Assembly: GCF_963921235.1 (NCBI RefSeq)
Contig: NC_086108.1
Location: 21,762,001 to 21,826,000 of the forward strand
Origin: Mobula hypostoma
Taxonomy: Eukaryota
Reading direction: 5' to 3'
Length of the DNA stretch: 64,000 bases
Part shown: piece by piece, positions 13,631 to 27,069 of the stretch
Numbering within the stretch: the first letter of the stretch is position 1
How the letters are laid out: each line of letters opens with the position of its first letter
Made by a program: the position numbers and the translations under genes
The notes under the pieces: model-generated
Seen by the model: only the letters and a program-made list of their open reading frames with translations
What the model was told of the DNA's origin: nothing
The model's database searches: none

Positions 13631-14075
13631 TGGTTTGTAAGTTGGGGAATGACTATTAATCAGCAAAGTCAAACTTAAGGTTTCTTTCTCCTTCCTCAAT
13701 TATAGCTATTTCAATGAATGGTTCTCTCAGATGTTCTCCTGAGATGATGCTTGTACCCTACCCATCTGTGCACTCTGCTCCTTAGACTGTTATCAACAGG
13801 GTGATGTATTTAGCGACAGCAGAACTTGCTTTTTCTGCCTTCATCTACCATGGCCCATGACCCCAATAGGCAACACATCACGGTAATCAGATTTCATTTG
13901 ACCCTCTCGCTGAAAGAGTGGAAAAACATACTTACGTTTAACTACAACATAATTAGGTCATGGGCTGTAAGAGCTTTAATGCATTCATAATACATTTATC
14001 TATCATTTGGATGTTTTGTATACACTGACCACATTACTCACTTCAACAGATTTTCTTTGATTCAGGACCCTTCCC

Positions 14076-14884
14076 CAATGTTCCCTCCAAAGTGTGCTTG
14101 TGTGCGTGCAGACACATCTTTTGCTGCTAATACACAAAGGAATTTAAACTGCACAAAAGGTCACCCTCTACCTCATTGGCATGTTAAGTATATTTCACGA
14201 TAGTGCGCCAGCACATTTCCTTTTCTGGTTTCTGATGCAGACGGTGTTGACGACGTGGAGTTTGTGATTTTTTTTCTGCAGGTTTTAGAAATGGCTTATT
14301 TATACTGCTTTTATCAAAGAGGTTATTGATTCACTATGTCAAATTCCAAAGAAGCAAAGGGTGTGAAGCACAAATGAAATGCTAGTTCATTTAAAATGGA
14401 ATGGCTTAATGAAACAGTAGAAATTACTACACTGCAAGCTCATGAGGTCAGGAACATATAGCTACAAGAAATATTTATATGCAATACAAAAATTGGTGTT
14501 ATCTGCATGTATTGTCATGGTGTAAAAGTTGCTGGAGTATTTACAAGCGGGAAGAAGTGCAGTGATACTTGGAAACTTAACTTTTCAAAGTGTCATTTAG
14601 CAAGTAAATCACATATGTACAGTGTGCAAAAGCTCCGGCGAGAAAATCCTTCATTATTCACTACAGCCCTGCTATGTATATTTTGTGAGAGTGCAGATGA
14701 ACGAGAGCGAAATCGATCAAACCCACAAGAGATCGAAGTTCTTATTGACAGTGTTTTGCTAGCTGTTAAAATGAATACTACTCTATATAAAATTCAGTGC
14801 ACACATATTGTTGTCACTGGGCAAAAAATTGCACAGCACAAGATTTTTGCACACACTGGTAATTAAAAATTACAGGGATCACTG
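14076..14884. mobile_element. Possible non-autonomous hAT-type DNA transposon
   Basis: Termini CAATGTTCCCT .. AGGGATCACTG are imperfect inverted repeats; the 8-bp TSD is poorly preserved. Confidence 0.4.
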
Positions 14885-14904
14885 TTTTCCCCTTTCTTTC
14901 AGAA

Positions 14905-15312
14905 ATCAACAAACTCATCCGTAAGGCCAGTGATGTTGTGGGGATGGAACTGGACTCTCTCACGGTGGTGTCTGAAAAGAGGATGCTGTCTAAGTTGCAT
15001 GCCATCTTGGTCAATGTTTCCCATCCACTACATAATGTACTGGGTGGGCACAGGAGTACATTCAGCCAGAGACTCATTCCTCCCAGATGCAGCACAGAGC
15101 GTCATAGGAAGTCATTCCTGCCTGTGGCTATCCAACTTTACAACTCCTCCCTTGGAGGGTCAGACACCCTGAGCCAATGGGCTGGTCCTGGACTTATTTC
15201 ATAATTTACTGGCATAATTTACATATTACTATTTAACTATTTATAGTTCTATTACTATTTATTATTTATGGTGCAATTTCCCCCGGGATCAATAAAGTAT
15301 GACTATGACTAT
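14905..15312 (+). mobile_element. Rex-Babar LINE 3' end
   Basis: SHPLHNVLGGHRSTFSQRLIPPRCSTERHRKSFLPVAIQLYN; ends gggatcaataaag + (TATGAC)n tail. Confidence 0.8.
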
Positions 15313-16049
15313 TACTTTCAGTGTTACCAAGGTTGGTAAAGTGAAAGAATTGCAATGAGAAACAGCAGTGTGCAGTAATTACTGCAGTAATTTCTCAAGG
15401 ACCTAATGATAGAGATGCAATTCATGTGTGTATGCATGCTCAAAGGTCTTTTAGTGTATGTACAATGTAAATTGTGAAATCAAAGGAACTTCTTTTTTGA
15501 GACGGTGCTTCACATTTAACACAAGAGATTCTGCAGATTCTGGAAGTCCTGAGTAAGACACACAAAATACTGGAGGAACATATCCATTCAGGCAGCATCT
15601 ATGGTGAGGAATAAACAGTTGATGTTTATTCAGCCTTGCAGTTCACCACCCTGCTTCCCCACTGTGCTCACTTTCCATTTGGCTTTATTTGTTCACTACT
15701 CTATAATTGTACGCTCCTCATTCCCCCACCCCTGCTACCTTTGCTAGATCTTCATCTCTACCTGCAAGGAGGTTGCTTCTTTTACATTGGTGTGGACAGT
15801 GACTGTCCATTGCGGATGCCTAAGCTTTATTGTGTCTGCACAGTGCCAGGGTGGGTGGGGGCATTTTGGGATAGCTGGTTCTGGATTGGCTGAGAGCTGG
15901 TCCTGAATGACGTCACAAAGGAGGACAGTAGTCTCATGCTGGCAATGATGTTGTAATTCTCACATAAGTGAGCGACAGAGTGAGGATCTGGTGTGGCCCA
16001 AATCACACAGCTGTGATGGAAAAACCTCCAGATACGTACCAATCCTGGC

Positions 16050-16465
16050 CACCAACTACCACCACAGCTGCGTTTTGACACAGGGTCATTGAGCACCATC
16101 GTGGGCATAAGCCTCCCCACTATCAGAACATCTTTAAAAGCCGATGCCTGAAAAAGCTGGCACCCTCACTGCCTGGAACATGCCCACTTCTCATTACTAC
16201 CATCATGGAGGAAGTACAGGAGCCTGAAGATCCACACTCAAGGTTTTATGAACAGCTACGTCCTTTCTGGCATCAGATTTCTGAATGGTCCATGAAACTA
16301 TGAACACTAGCTTACTATTCCTCTTTTGCACTATTTATTCATGTGTTTGTTTGTTTATTATTGTAACTTACAGTGATTTTTGTCTTGCACTGTATTTCTG
16401 CCAGAAAACATTAAATTTCATGACATGTGTTGGTGATAATACAGTAAAGCTGATTCTGATTCTGA
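16050..16465 (+). mobile_element. Rex1 LINE 3' fragment
   Basis: ctaccatcatggaggaagtacaggagcctgaag..; ends with a (TTCTGA)n tail. Confidence 0.65.
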
Positions 16466-16497
16466 TATGAAACATTCACCTTGTTGCTCTTTCCACA

Positions 16498-17141
16498 TGA
16501 AACCCCCAGGTTTCCTTGGCTGTGCAAGTCTAGAGAAGACATTCTCAAGTCCCGCCAAACTCATGAGATTGAGACCACTCGATCCCACCCCAAACCCGGG
16601 TTTGTGTGGATGCTGTGTCATTTGCTACCCGGTTACAAATTAGTGCCACGAAATAACAGGCAGTATATCACATACAATTAAAGGAATTATATTTATGAAT
16701 CTTAATTAAAGGGTTCATAAAGAATAATAAAAAGAATAGGGCCCATTCTAATTAACCAGTCAAATGTGCACAAGTTGGAGCTCATCTTGAACTTCCCTAT
16801 CGCTCAGGCGCTGGGCCCTTGGTCAACGTGAAAGCCCACACCTCCATCCAAACATCACTCGCAATCCATCTCAAACAGACGGGTCTCCCACCGCATTGTA
16901 TCCCTCGACCAGTTCTCCCCAGTGTCTTCTCTCTTCATCTCCTCTCAAACAAAAGCTCCAAGCCCAACCTTAGTGTCCCTCACCAGGGAAACCTCCTCTT
17001 AATCTGACCATCCAAATTGGATGGCACACATTTCTCCTCATCTCTTATCTTCAACAATAACCCAAACAAGCTGCTCTTCCAGAACTGCCCAAAATGAAAT
17101 ACATACAGCATAACAGTAAAAATATGAACCAGGGCAATACA
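16498..17141. mobile_element. Solo LTR
   Basis: TG..CA ends and 4-bp TSD CACA (16494-16497 / 17142-17145). Removing it restores the Penelope-tail text ctttccacagatgctgcctggcctgctgag. Confidence 0.8.
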
Positions 17142-18194
17142 CACAGATGCTGCCTGGCCTGCTGAGTGTTTCCAGTATTTTCTGTTGTTATTCATCTACT
17201 ATATAGCTCTCTGCCCCCTGATAGTTCTTGTGTTTTATCAGGAAGCTGCTCCCTGATCACAAATTAACATCAACTTGATCCTAGTGGACAGTAAAATGCT
17301 CTTGAGTGACAGTTAGTATCATCTGGTAAGATCAGCCTGAGTCCAGAGAGAGGCAAAAAAAATGGTCTGGAAGCTACCTTCATGGAAGTTGAATGATGAT
17401 ATATCAGCTGCAGTGTGGAAGCATTAATGGTGTCCGGCACAGGAAGGCGACTGTCCTCCAGTGTGAAGGTGTTGCTGCTTTCTGACTCTGCATGGCCTTG
17501 TACAGAGTTGGAGATGAACAGTTCCCAATTCCTTGCCGTCTGATATATTTGACCTAGCTTGCTCTTCTTTCCAGAGGCAGTTTTGAGGATGAGAGCACAG
17601 TAGTCCTGTCCGCTGTTACAGCTGTGTGTATGCATGAATCTGACTTGTCAAGGCCAGTACCTATAGCTCAAACCTAAATGCTGCTAAAAAGTCCTGGCAA
17701 GCTGTCTCTGTGAACTGCAGCATTCCCTCTAGAGGTGGGAACACCACAATGCTGTTGAGCAGGGAGATACAGAATTTAGACTTGGCAATTATGAAGGAAC
17801 AGCAAGATTTTCACAAGACAAAATTGTGTCTAACTTGACAGGGATCTGCAGGTGGCAGCGATTTTGTCCTTTCTCGTTTTGATGGTAGAGGTAATGGATT
17901 TCGAATGAGTTACGGCAGTACATTTTGTAGATGACACATATTGCAGCCAAGGTGGTGGAGAGAGAGAGAGAATATTTAATGTGGTAGATGGAATCCAGTT
18001 GAGATGTTGAGCTTTCTCAGTGAGTTTGAAGCTGCTTTCATCCAGACATGTGGGGAGAGTATTCAACTACACTCCTGTCTCGTTCAGTGTATATGGTGGA
18101 AGGAATTTGGGCTGATAGAATGTGACTGACATGTAGCAGGATTCCCACCCCTGGCAGGCTTCTGTAGCCATATTATTCACTTGGCTGGTCAGAG

Positions 18195-19725
18195 CTTGAA
18201 GTTCAAAGTAAATTTATTATCAAAGTACATGAATATCGTCACATACAACCCTGAGTTTTATTTTCTTGAGGACATACTCAATAAGTCCAATAACCACAAT
18301 ACAATCAATTAAAGACAGCACCAACAGACAACAAACTGTACAAATACAGAAAGAAAGAGAAAAAAAGAAATAATAATGAATAAACAATAAATATCAAGAA
18401 CGTGAGATGAAGAGTCCTTGAAAATGAGTGCATAGTGTCACATGACTGGCAACAATGAATATAGAAATGAGTCAGGTTTTATAAACAAATAAAGATTTAT
18501 TAAATTCTGCTCAAAATTAGTAAAAAGATAAACAAACGAAAACCTTAACCGGAAGTAAACTGCTATGTGGCCATTTAACAAACCACCAAACTCAGTATTA
18601 GTTCTTAAAGCGGTAAATGCGAACATGGTCTTAAAGTGGTAAATTAGAACACAGTTCTTAGAATGGTAAATTTGTAAATCCAAGAGATTTATACAGTCAA
18701 TTAGGAGAGACTTTCCTGAAGTAAAGAATTCCTCGAAGACTCGACGTTACTGCCGATCCCAGCCAGAACCTGCCTTCTTCGCAGGACTCACGATGATGGA
18801 AATAAAACGGTTTAAAGGCACTGACCTTTTTCCTCCATAGAGTAGATACTGCACAACTTTTTCTGCTGATTTTAGCAGAGGTTATCTCATGCAGATCACT
18901 CTTACTTGAACAAATTCAATAATGGCCGATCCTCTCCAAAACTGCTGAACGATCCCTTCAGGTTCCCGTCCTCACTCTCCAATACTACTGAAAAGATACA
19001 TCAACAAACCTGGCAGCGATTGGTGAAGTTACTGGCCCAACACTTCTGTACCTTACAATAGAAAGTAAAACTCTGTTTTAAAACGAAACTGCATCATAAA
19101 AAAATATGCAGCAATACGGAGTAATGGACAAACTAAACTTAAAACTCAACTGGGAAAAACTAACTGCGTCACCAGGGGTCTACCCTTATATATACCTGTT
19201 GAGAACAGGTCATCACATGACTTCACATCGGTGGGAAAATTTACATCATGTGACCTCCGCAAGACCATTACATCATCCTCATAAGACAGTCACAAGATAT
19301 CCATGAGGTATGTAACATTAGGTTATGGGAACAGTTCAGTGATAAGGTAAATGAAGGTGAGTGAAGTTATCCCCACTGATTCAAGAGCCTAATGGTTGAG
19401 GGGTAATAACTGTTCCTGAACCTGCTGCTGTGAGTCCTGAGGCTCCTCAGCGAGGAGAGGGCATTACCTGGGTGGTGGGGGCTCCTGATGAAGGATGCTG
19501 CTTTCCCTGCAACAGTTCTCCGTGTAGATGTGCTGAAAGTGGGAAGAGTTTTACCCATGATAGACTGGGCCACATCCACTACTTTATGAAGGATTTTCCA
19601 TTCAGGGGCATTGATGTTTCCATACCAGGTTGTGATGCAGCCAGTCACCCACCTATAGAAGCTTGTCAAGGTTTTAGATGTCATGCCAAACCTTAGCAAA
19701 CTTCTAAGGGAGTTTTTGGTCATTG
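18195..19725 (-). mobile_element. Rex1 LINE 3' fragment interrupted by a solo LTR
   Basis: ORF 19367-19723 (LTSFYR..GCITTWYGN..RFRNSYYPSTIRLLN); 3' UTR lies on both sides of 18436-19317. Confidence 0.8.
18436..19317 (-). mobile_element. Solo LTR (~880 bp)
   Basis: TGTCAC..GTAACA termini; 4-bp TSD ATAG/TTAG (one mismatch); TATA-like tatatataagg on the minus strand near 19190; cleanly splits a Rex1 3' UTR. Confidence 0.8.
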
Positions 19726-22700
19726 TTAATTGAAACAGAGCAGTATAAATGTACCTTGCTACAAAGCCTTAATTCTTATTCACACACTTGGTTTTTCATC
19801 ATTTTAGCAACAATTGCTAAATGACTATAAGTTTTATATCTTGTGGATGAATGTTTACCAACTGAAACACAAGCACGCACATCTGAATTCCCAATTAGTT
19901 GCACATGACTAATGAGAAGACTGTGTGAGGCACTAAATGTATTAATGAGGGAGGTGGGTAGAGACAGTACACTCTAATTCTGAATTGTTTTGTTGGTCAC
20001 CAGGGTCCAGAGAGTTTTTTTTATCTGGAACTCACAAGGAGTCTGACAAGACTCAAGATAGCATTTCGTTTCTCCCTTCAAAAGGAGACACTTAGGTTCC
20101 AGGCAGGAACTCTCTTCAAATCTCTGAATAAAATCAGGAACACTGTCTGGAGACAGATGGCCACAAGTTCTGTCGCTTGATCTGTTGTTTAGCATGGTGG
20201 AGACCACTTGTGCAGCACCCGGCAAGTAGGTTTACTCTCAATGAAAGGAAATCAACTAAACAATACACTTAGTGGCTGCCAAAACTCTTAAATGTTATGG
20301 TCAAGGCAGTACCTTTTGGAAGCAGTACAATCCATCGCTATTATTGATTCTACTTCTTCCATTTAAATTTCCTCAGGGGTGAAGTTCTAACAAAAAAAGT
20401 CACAGATTTAATCATTTAATTGAGCAACATTCCAGAATACTCAGTGACCTTTCTGCCTGCATATTTTACTTATCTTCCATGTTCCCAGCATAAGAACTGC
20501 TATGTTCCACGCAGCATTAGCCTTTGCATAGCTTTTTTTTTGTTTTATTAAAGAGTTATTAATTACCACTTTAACTCTGAGGTTTTCTTGTTTGCTTTTC
20601 AGCCCACCCATGATCAAGGACTTACATTGCACAGATCACAAGGAGATAGTGGAGGTGTTAGCCAAGACCAAAACAAAGTAATATCCCAAATATAATAATG
20701 TGAAAGTGAGATCTACGTCTATATTATATTGGGAATATTATTCTTAGAAATGAAGGAACCTCTAATTGAGTCACAACTTGAACTTTTGACATGAACATAC
20801 GAAGGTTATGCGAAATGCTACCTGCTGAATTGTGATTAAACATCCCCTTAAGCATGGAGAGGTGAGCTAAACAGTTAAAATCCTAAGGCCGATTGAGAGG
20901 AAAAATCTTGTACAATTTCTCATACTTTCTCATTCATGTGAACAAAATTAGTCCTGATCACCAATCTTTCATGAAGAATATAATTGATTCACACAAATTT
21001 TCTTGATGTGTTTAATGGCTGGCTTTGCACAGTTTTCCTTTCTAGTTAATTTGTTTCTCCCTTTATAGATTGGTCAAAGTTCCAACAGAAATATTTGGCA
21101 AATGATTTGGTTTGTGTCCAGGTCCTGTTTCATAATCTTACAAAGAAGGTCTTTGTGATCCAAATGCATCTTTTGCCTCTAACACTTCAATGGATTATCA
21201 AAGAAAAAAATCCTTTGACATTAATGAACTAAGAGATAAAACAGGGTCAATTGTTTTAAAAAGAAATGCAGCAAGCTATCAAATAAGACAGTGAGGATGT
21301 CGAGATCTCCCATAGAATCATAGAAAGAAACAAAACAGCAGAAGACCATTTGGCTCACTGTGTCTATTCCAACTCTTTGAAATTGTTGTCCAATTTATCC
21401 CTTTTTTCCCATTTTGCTGAAAACCCCACTAATGTTTTGAACATTAAAACAATTCTGCTTTGATAATTACTAATTGTTTCCACCTCCCTTAAGGCAGGAT
21501 ATTCCACACCATAATAAAATAATGTGCTATAATCCCTTCATCCATCCTATGCTCCTTTTGGTTAATACAATACACTACCACAGAAATCAGTTTCTCCTTT
21601 ACCACATTTCAGAAGAACTTGATAATTTTGAACACCTCTATTGAATTTCCTCTCGATTTCCTCTGATGAAAGGAGAACTACTTCTATATCTGATACAAAT
21701 TAAGGTTTTCAACTGTTGGAAAAATCTCCGATGCACCGTCACCAACACCTTGACATTTCATTTAAATTGTGTTGCCCACTATTGAATTCCACCATTTGTT
21801 TGTTTTTAGAATGGCAGCAAGAGAGTCCTTCAGTGACCACTGGCAAAGAATGGAACACAAGATCAAGGAAGATGGAAAAGTAACTCTTAAAGAGGGAAAA
21901 AAGATAAGGATATTATTCAGAGGAGTATGTGGAAATATGTCAAATGGAGAAAGATTGCTCTTTCTTTCTAAATCTGTTTATTTTATATAATGAAAAAAGG
22001 GAGCCACAAAACTTACTTCCGGTGTGCTCTGTTCACTCTACAGGATGAGAAAAGAACTCAATCATTCATGCACCCTCAACATCAAATTGTAATCTACATG
22101 AGCGTTGGTACGGATGAAGAATAACACATGGGAAAATCAACTGAATGGAAGTGCCCATAAGTTGGAAGATGAACAGAAAATCGTAACTTTCCAAGTGTTT
22201 CAAGCTCTTAACATTTGGCTCTGATGACAAAGTTGCTGTCAACAATTTCCTGACTTAGGAGAGAAATAAATCTGGCAGAAAGTGTTCTCTTCAAAGACAG
22301 CTCTTCATTTAGGGGGAGAGAATGGGAAAGTGACAATGGAAAGATGAAGGAATCAAATTCGTTCTCAGATGGACAGATTTTCCTCCTCACAGGTAGGGCT
22401 GCACTCATGATCCTGAGAATTGCAGTTGGTCGTCATGGTTATTTGAGCCTTCTCAGTAAAACAAACATTGAGGAAGAAGACATGAGGTGCAAGCAGCATG
22501 GGAACAACTATTATGCCTTAAAAAAGTCATGTAAGCAGCAGCCTTCACTAAGCACCAATCACCCCACACTAACGTCCACATCAAAACTGAGGCAATAAAA
22601 TCCCAACAAGATTTCTGAACAACAAATGCCACATTTTTAGAGTTTTATTGTATGGTGTGTGCAATTGGCTTTAATTCCTTCTTCATTCAAGCATAATCAA

Positions 22701-24410
22701 AGGACAATATGTTCATTTATTATCAAAGTATGTATGCATAGTACAAGAGATCTGTCTTCTCTAGATAGCAATAAAACGAAGGAAGTCAGTTCAGAAGGAA
22801 ACAGCAAACCCACACCTTACCATACTGAAAGGAATGGCAGCACAACCATCAACCCCCACGACCAAACTCCCTCCTCCAGCATCAAGCACACTAGAATATT
22901 GACCTCCAAATATCTCTCTTCCCACACAAAAAACTAACAAAAACGCAACAAGAACATTGAACCCCCTGACCCTCTCCCCATGCACAAAACAATCCCGAGA
23001 AAGAACGGGCAAAAACACTGAATATAAAAACCATAAAAATGAAAAAGTCCATTGTCCATGATTCAAATGCATAAATCTCCAACATCATCGAAAGAGAGAC
23101 AGAGAGGCTTTCTCTCTGGGCACAGCAATAGGCCACACAGGCTCCTTGTTAAAATTGATATCCCTTTAAAAAGGTGTTCTATCCAATCCTCGGGAATTCC
23201 TTACAGTGAGGTAGCTTAAAATATGCCTCCTCCATGTCTGAAGTGGTGAAGCTTTTGAAGGCAACTTTTTAAATGCAGCGTTGTTTGTCCCTCAAAATCA
23301 CATTTGTGGAATTTTGTGTCCTGGTCAATATATTGAGGAGGTCTCTGAAGGGCTTTATCAAAAATGGATGCTTGGAGATGATTTTGGCTTCAGTCATTTT
23401 TGCACAACTACTTAGATTTCATTCCACATGATGTACTGTCATTTAAAGGAGGAAGTACCTCACAACCAAAGTTTAAAAGGTAGCACCTAAATCCCACAGT
23501 TTGGACTTTCCACTGTTTTAAGTGGAACCTCATTTTTTTTCAATCTGCATTGTCCTTCCCCATTTCCCTCCACCCTATTCCCAGTTACACAGCCTCCATC
23601 ACTGACTCAGGCAGTGCATTCCATGCACCAACCACGCTCTGAGTGAAAAACCTTCCTCCTATATCTCCTTTGAACTTCCCACCCCTTACCTTAAAACCAT
23701 GTCCACTTGTACTGAGCAATGGTGCCCTGGGGAAGAGGCGCTGGCTGTCCACTCTATCTATTCCTCTTAATATCTTGTATACCTCTATCATGTCTCCTCT
23801 CATCCTCCTTCTCTCCAAAGAGTAAAGCCCTAGCTCCCTTAATCTCTGATCATAATGCCTACTCTCTGAAGCAGGCAGCATCATGATAAATCTCCTCTGT
23901 ACCCTTTCCAATACTTCCACATCCTTTCCATTGTAAAGTGACCGGAACTGGACACAGCACTCCAAGTGTGGCCTAACCAGAGTTTTATAGAGCTGCATCA
24001 TTACCTCATGACTCTTAAACTCTATCCCTCGACTTCTGAAGGCTAACAATCCATAAGCTTTCTTAACTACCATATCTACCTATGAGGCAACTTTCAGGGA
24101 TCTGTGGACATGTACCCTCAGATCCCTCTGCTCCTCCACACTACCAAGTATCCTGCCATTTACTTTGTACTCTGCCTTGGAGTTTGTCCTTCCAAAGTGT
24201 ACCACCTCACACTTCTCCAGGTTGAACTCCATCTGCCACTTCTCAGCCCACTTCTACATCCTATCAATGTCTTTCTGCAATCTTCAACAATCCTCTACAC
24301 TATTCACAACACCACCAACCTTTGTGTCGTCTGCAAACTTGCCAACCCACCCTTCTACCCCCACATCCAGGTCGTTAATAAAAATCACGAAAAGTAGAGG
24401 TCCCAGAACC

Positions 24411-24790
24411 GAACACGAGGAAAGCTGGAATTTCAAGCAACACACATAAAAGTTGCTGGTGAACGCAGCAGGCCAGGCAGCATCTCGAGGAAGAGGTACA
24501 ATCGACATTTCAGACTGAGACCCTTCGTCAGGACTAACTGAAAAAAGAGCTAGTAAGAGATTTGAAAGTGGCAGGAGGAGGGGGAGATCCGAAATGATAG
24601 GAGAAGACAGGAAGAGGAGGGATGGAGCCAAGAGCTGGACAGTTGATTGGCAAAAGGGATATGAGAGGATCATGAGACAGGAGGCCTAGGGAGAAAGAAA
24701 AGGGGCAGGGGCCCGTAACATTGACCGATCTTTTCCACAGATGCTGCCCGACCTGCTGAGTTCCTCCAGCGTGTTGTGAGTGTTCCAATT
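24411..24790 (-). mobile_element. Penelope terminal fragment with a partial inverted copy, inside CR1
   Basis: Same terminus as 49974 and 62667; degenerate hammerhead at ~24495-24540 (-); inverted arm at ~24712-24785. Confidence 0.75.
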
Positions 24791-26238
24791 CTGAATCCAC
24801 CTGGCCAAACTTCCCTGGATCCCATGCCTTCTGACTTTCTGAATAAGCCTACTGTGTGTCAAATGCCTTACTAAAATCCATGTAGATCAGATCCAGAGCA
24901 CTACCCTCATCAATATGCCTGGACACCTCCTCAAAGAACTCTATCAGGCTTGTTAGACACAATCTGCCCTTCACAAAGACGTGCTGACTGTCCCTGATCA
25001 GACCATGATTCTCTAAATGCCCAGAGATCCTTGCTCTAAGAATCTTTTCCAACAGCTTTCCCACCACAGACGTAAGGCTCACTGGTCTATAATTATCCGG
25101 ACCAAACCTACTACCTTTTTTGAACAAGAGGACAACATTCGTCTCCCTCCAATCCTCCGGTACCATTCCTGTGGACAACGAGGACATAAGGGTCCTAGCC
25201 AGAGGCTCAGCAATCTCTTCCCTCGCCTCGTGGAGCAGCCTGGGGAGTATTCCGTCAGGCCCTGGGGACTTAATCACCCTAGTGTATTTTAACAACTCCA
25301 ACACCTCCTCTCCCTTAATTTCAACATGCTCCAGAACATCAACCTCACTCATATTGTCCTCACCATCATCAAGTTCCCTCTCATTGGTGAATATCGAAGA
25401 GAAGTATTCATTGAGGACCTCGCTCACTTCCACAACCTCCAGGCATATCTTCCCACCTTTATCTCTAATCGGTCCTACCTTCACTCCTGGCATCCTTTAG
25501 TTCTTCACATAATTGAAGAATGCCTTGGGGTTTTCCTTTATCCTACTCGCCAAGGCCTTCTCATGCCCCCTTCTTAAGCTCCTTTCTTGCTTCCCTATAT
25601 TCCTCAATAGACCCATCTGATCCTTGCTTCCTAAACCTCATGTAAGCTGCCTTCTTCCACCTGACTAGATTCTCCACCTCACTTGTCACCCATGGTTCCT
25701 TCACCCTACCATTCTTTATCTTCCTCACTGGGACAAATTTATCCCTAACATCCTGTAAGAGATCCCTGAACATCGACCACATGTCCATAGTACATTTCAC
25801 TGCAGAAACATCATCCCAATTCACATCCGCAAGTTCTAGCCTTATAGCCTCATAATTTGCCCTTCCCCAATTAAACATTTTTCTGTCCTCTCTGATTCTA
25901 TCCTTTTCCATGATAATGCTGAAGGCCAGGGAGCGGTGGTCATTGTCCCCCAGATGCTCACCCACTGAGAGATCTGTGACCTGACCCGGTTCATTACCTA
26001 ATACTAGATCTAGTATGGCATTCCCCCGGTCGGCCTGTCCACATACTGTGACAGGAATCTGTTCTGGACACACTTAACAAACTCTGCCCCGTCTAAAGCA
26101 TTGGAACTAATCAGGTGCCAATCAATATTAGGGAAGTTAAAGTCACCCATGATAACAGCCCTGTTATTTTTGCACCTTTCCAAAATCTGCCTCCCAATCT
26201 GCTCCTCGGTATCTCTGCTGCTACCAGGGGTCCTATAG

Positions 26239-26491
26239 ATGATGATGATGTCAACTCAGAGCTGAGAGGCCAGCGTCGGGCATTTTCATGCCTTACAAGG
26301 TGCAGTTTGAAAGGCTGTGTGGGGCACCACTCCTCGCACAGACATTTCACTGTATTATTTTACCAGGCCGATTTGCGAGCTCGACATCAACCTGGTGCGG
26401 ATGGAGAGCGTGCTTGGGGGTGGTCTGTCACTGGATCGAACTCGGGAACTTCCGTTCTCGAGCCTGGCACTGATCTCACTGCGCCACCAGG
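26239..26491 (-). mobile_element. tRNA-derived SINE with (CAT)n tail, inserted in CR1
   Basis: Minus strand A-box TGGCGCAGTGAG, B-box GAGTTCGATCC, (CAT)n 3' tail; CR1 text resumes on both sides. Confidence 0.75.
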
Positions 26492-27069
26492 ATACTCTCA
26501 ATAGAGTAACTGCTCCCTTCCTGTTCCTGACTTCCACCCATACTGACTCAAAAGAGGATCCTGCAACATTACCCACCCTTTCTGTAGCTGTAATAGTATC
26601 CTTGACCAGTAATGCCACCCCTCCTCCCCTTCCCCCCCTCTCTATCCCTTATCATACACCTTCTTAACTGCCCTAACAGCTTGCACGGCAACTTTGACAG
26701 ATGTATGGGCTTGGATCCCAAGATCCCTCTGTTCATCCACACTTATACGAATCCAGATTGTCTCACTTCATATCTTTTTTTGGATTGAGCTCCATCTGCC
26801 ATTTCTCTGCCCAGTTCTGCATCCTGTTGTAACCTTTCTGCAAACTAATTAACCCATCCTTCCAATTCCTCATCTAAGCAAATTATTAAAAAAACGAGCA
26901 GAGTAGGGTATAACAGAACATATCCCCAAGGGACACCACAGGTTTATTCACGTGGGGAGAGGCCAATATGCCCATTTGATTTATGCTGGCTGTCAGAGCA
27001 ATTCGATCGGTTCTATTTCACTATTTTAAATTTTTCTGTCACCTAATTTCTTGCACGTACGTATCAACT

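Larger units (their letters stand above)
23585..26640 (-). mobile_element. CR1 LINE ORF2 (APE endonuclease-RT), fragmented, with two nested insertions
   Basis: WVEVRNRKG, AILDLVL, KSPGPDG, NYRPVSLTS, YMDFSKAFD, LFVIFINDL..KFADDTK, LVRPHLE, RGDMIEVYK motifs spread over several frames. Confidence 0.95.

Noticed and set aside
19367..19723. ALKBH8/DUF1891-like host gene
   Set aside because: Multi-copy Rex1 LINE C-terminus that recurs many times in the window.
21809..22100. Possible small exons (tttttag|AATGGC..AAA|gtaac and ctacag|GATGAG..)
   Set aside because: Splice-like signals only; translations are not recognisable and chance occurrence is likely.
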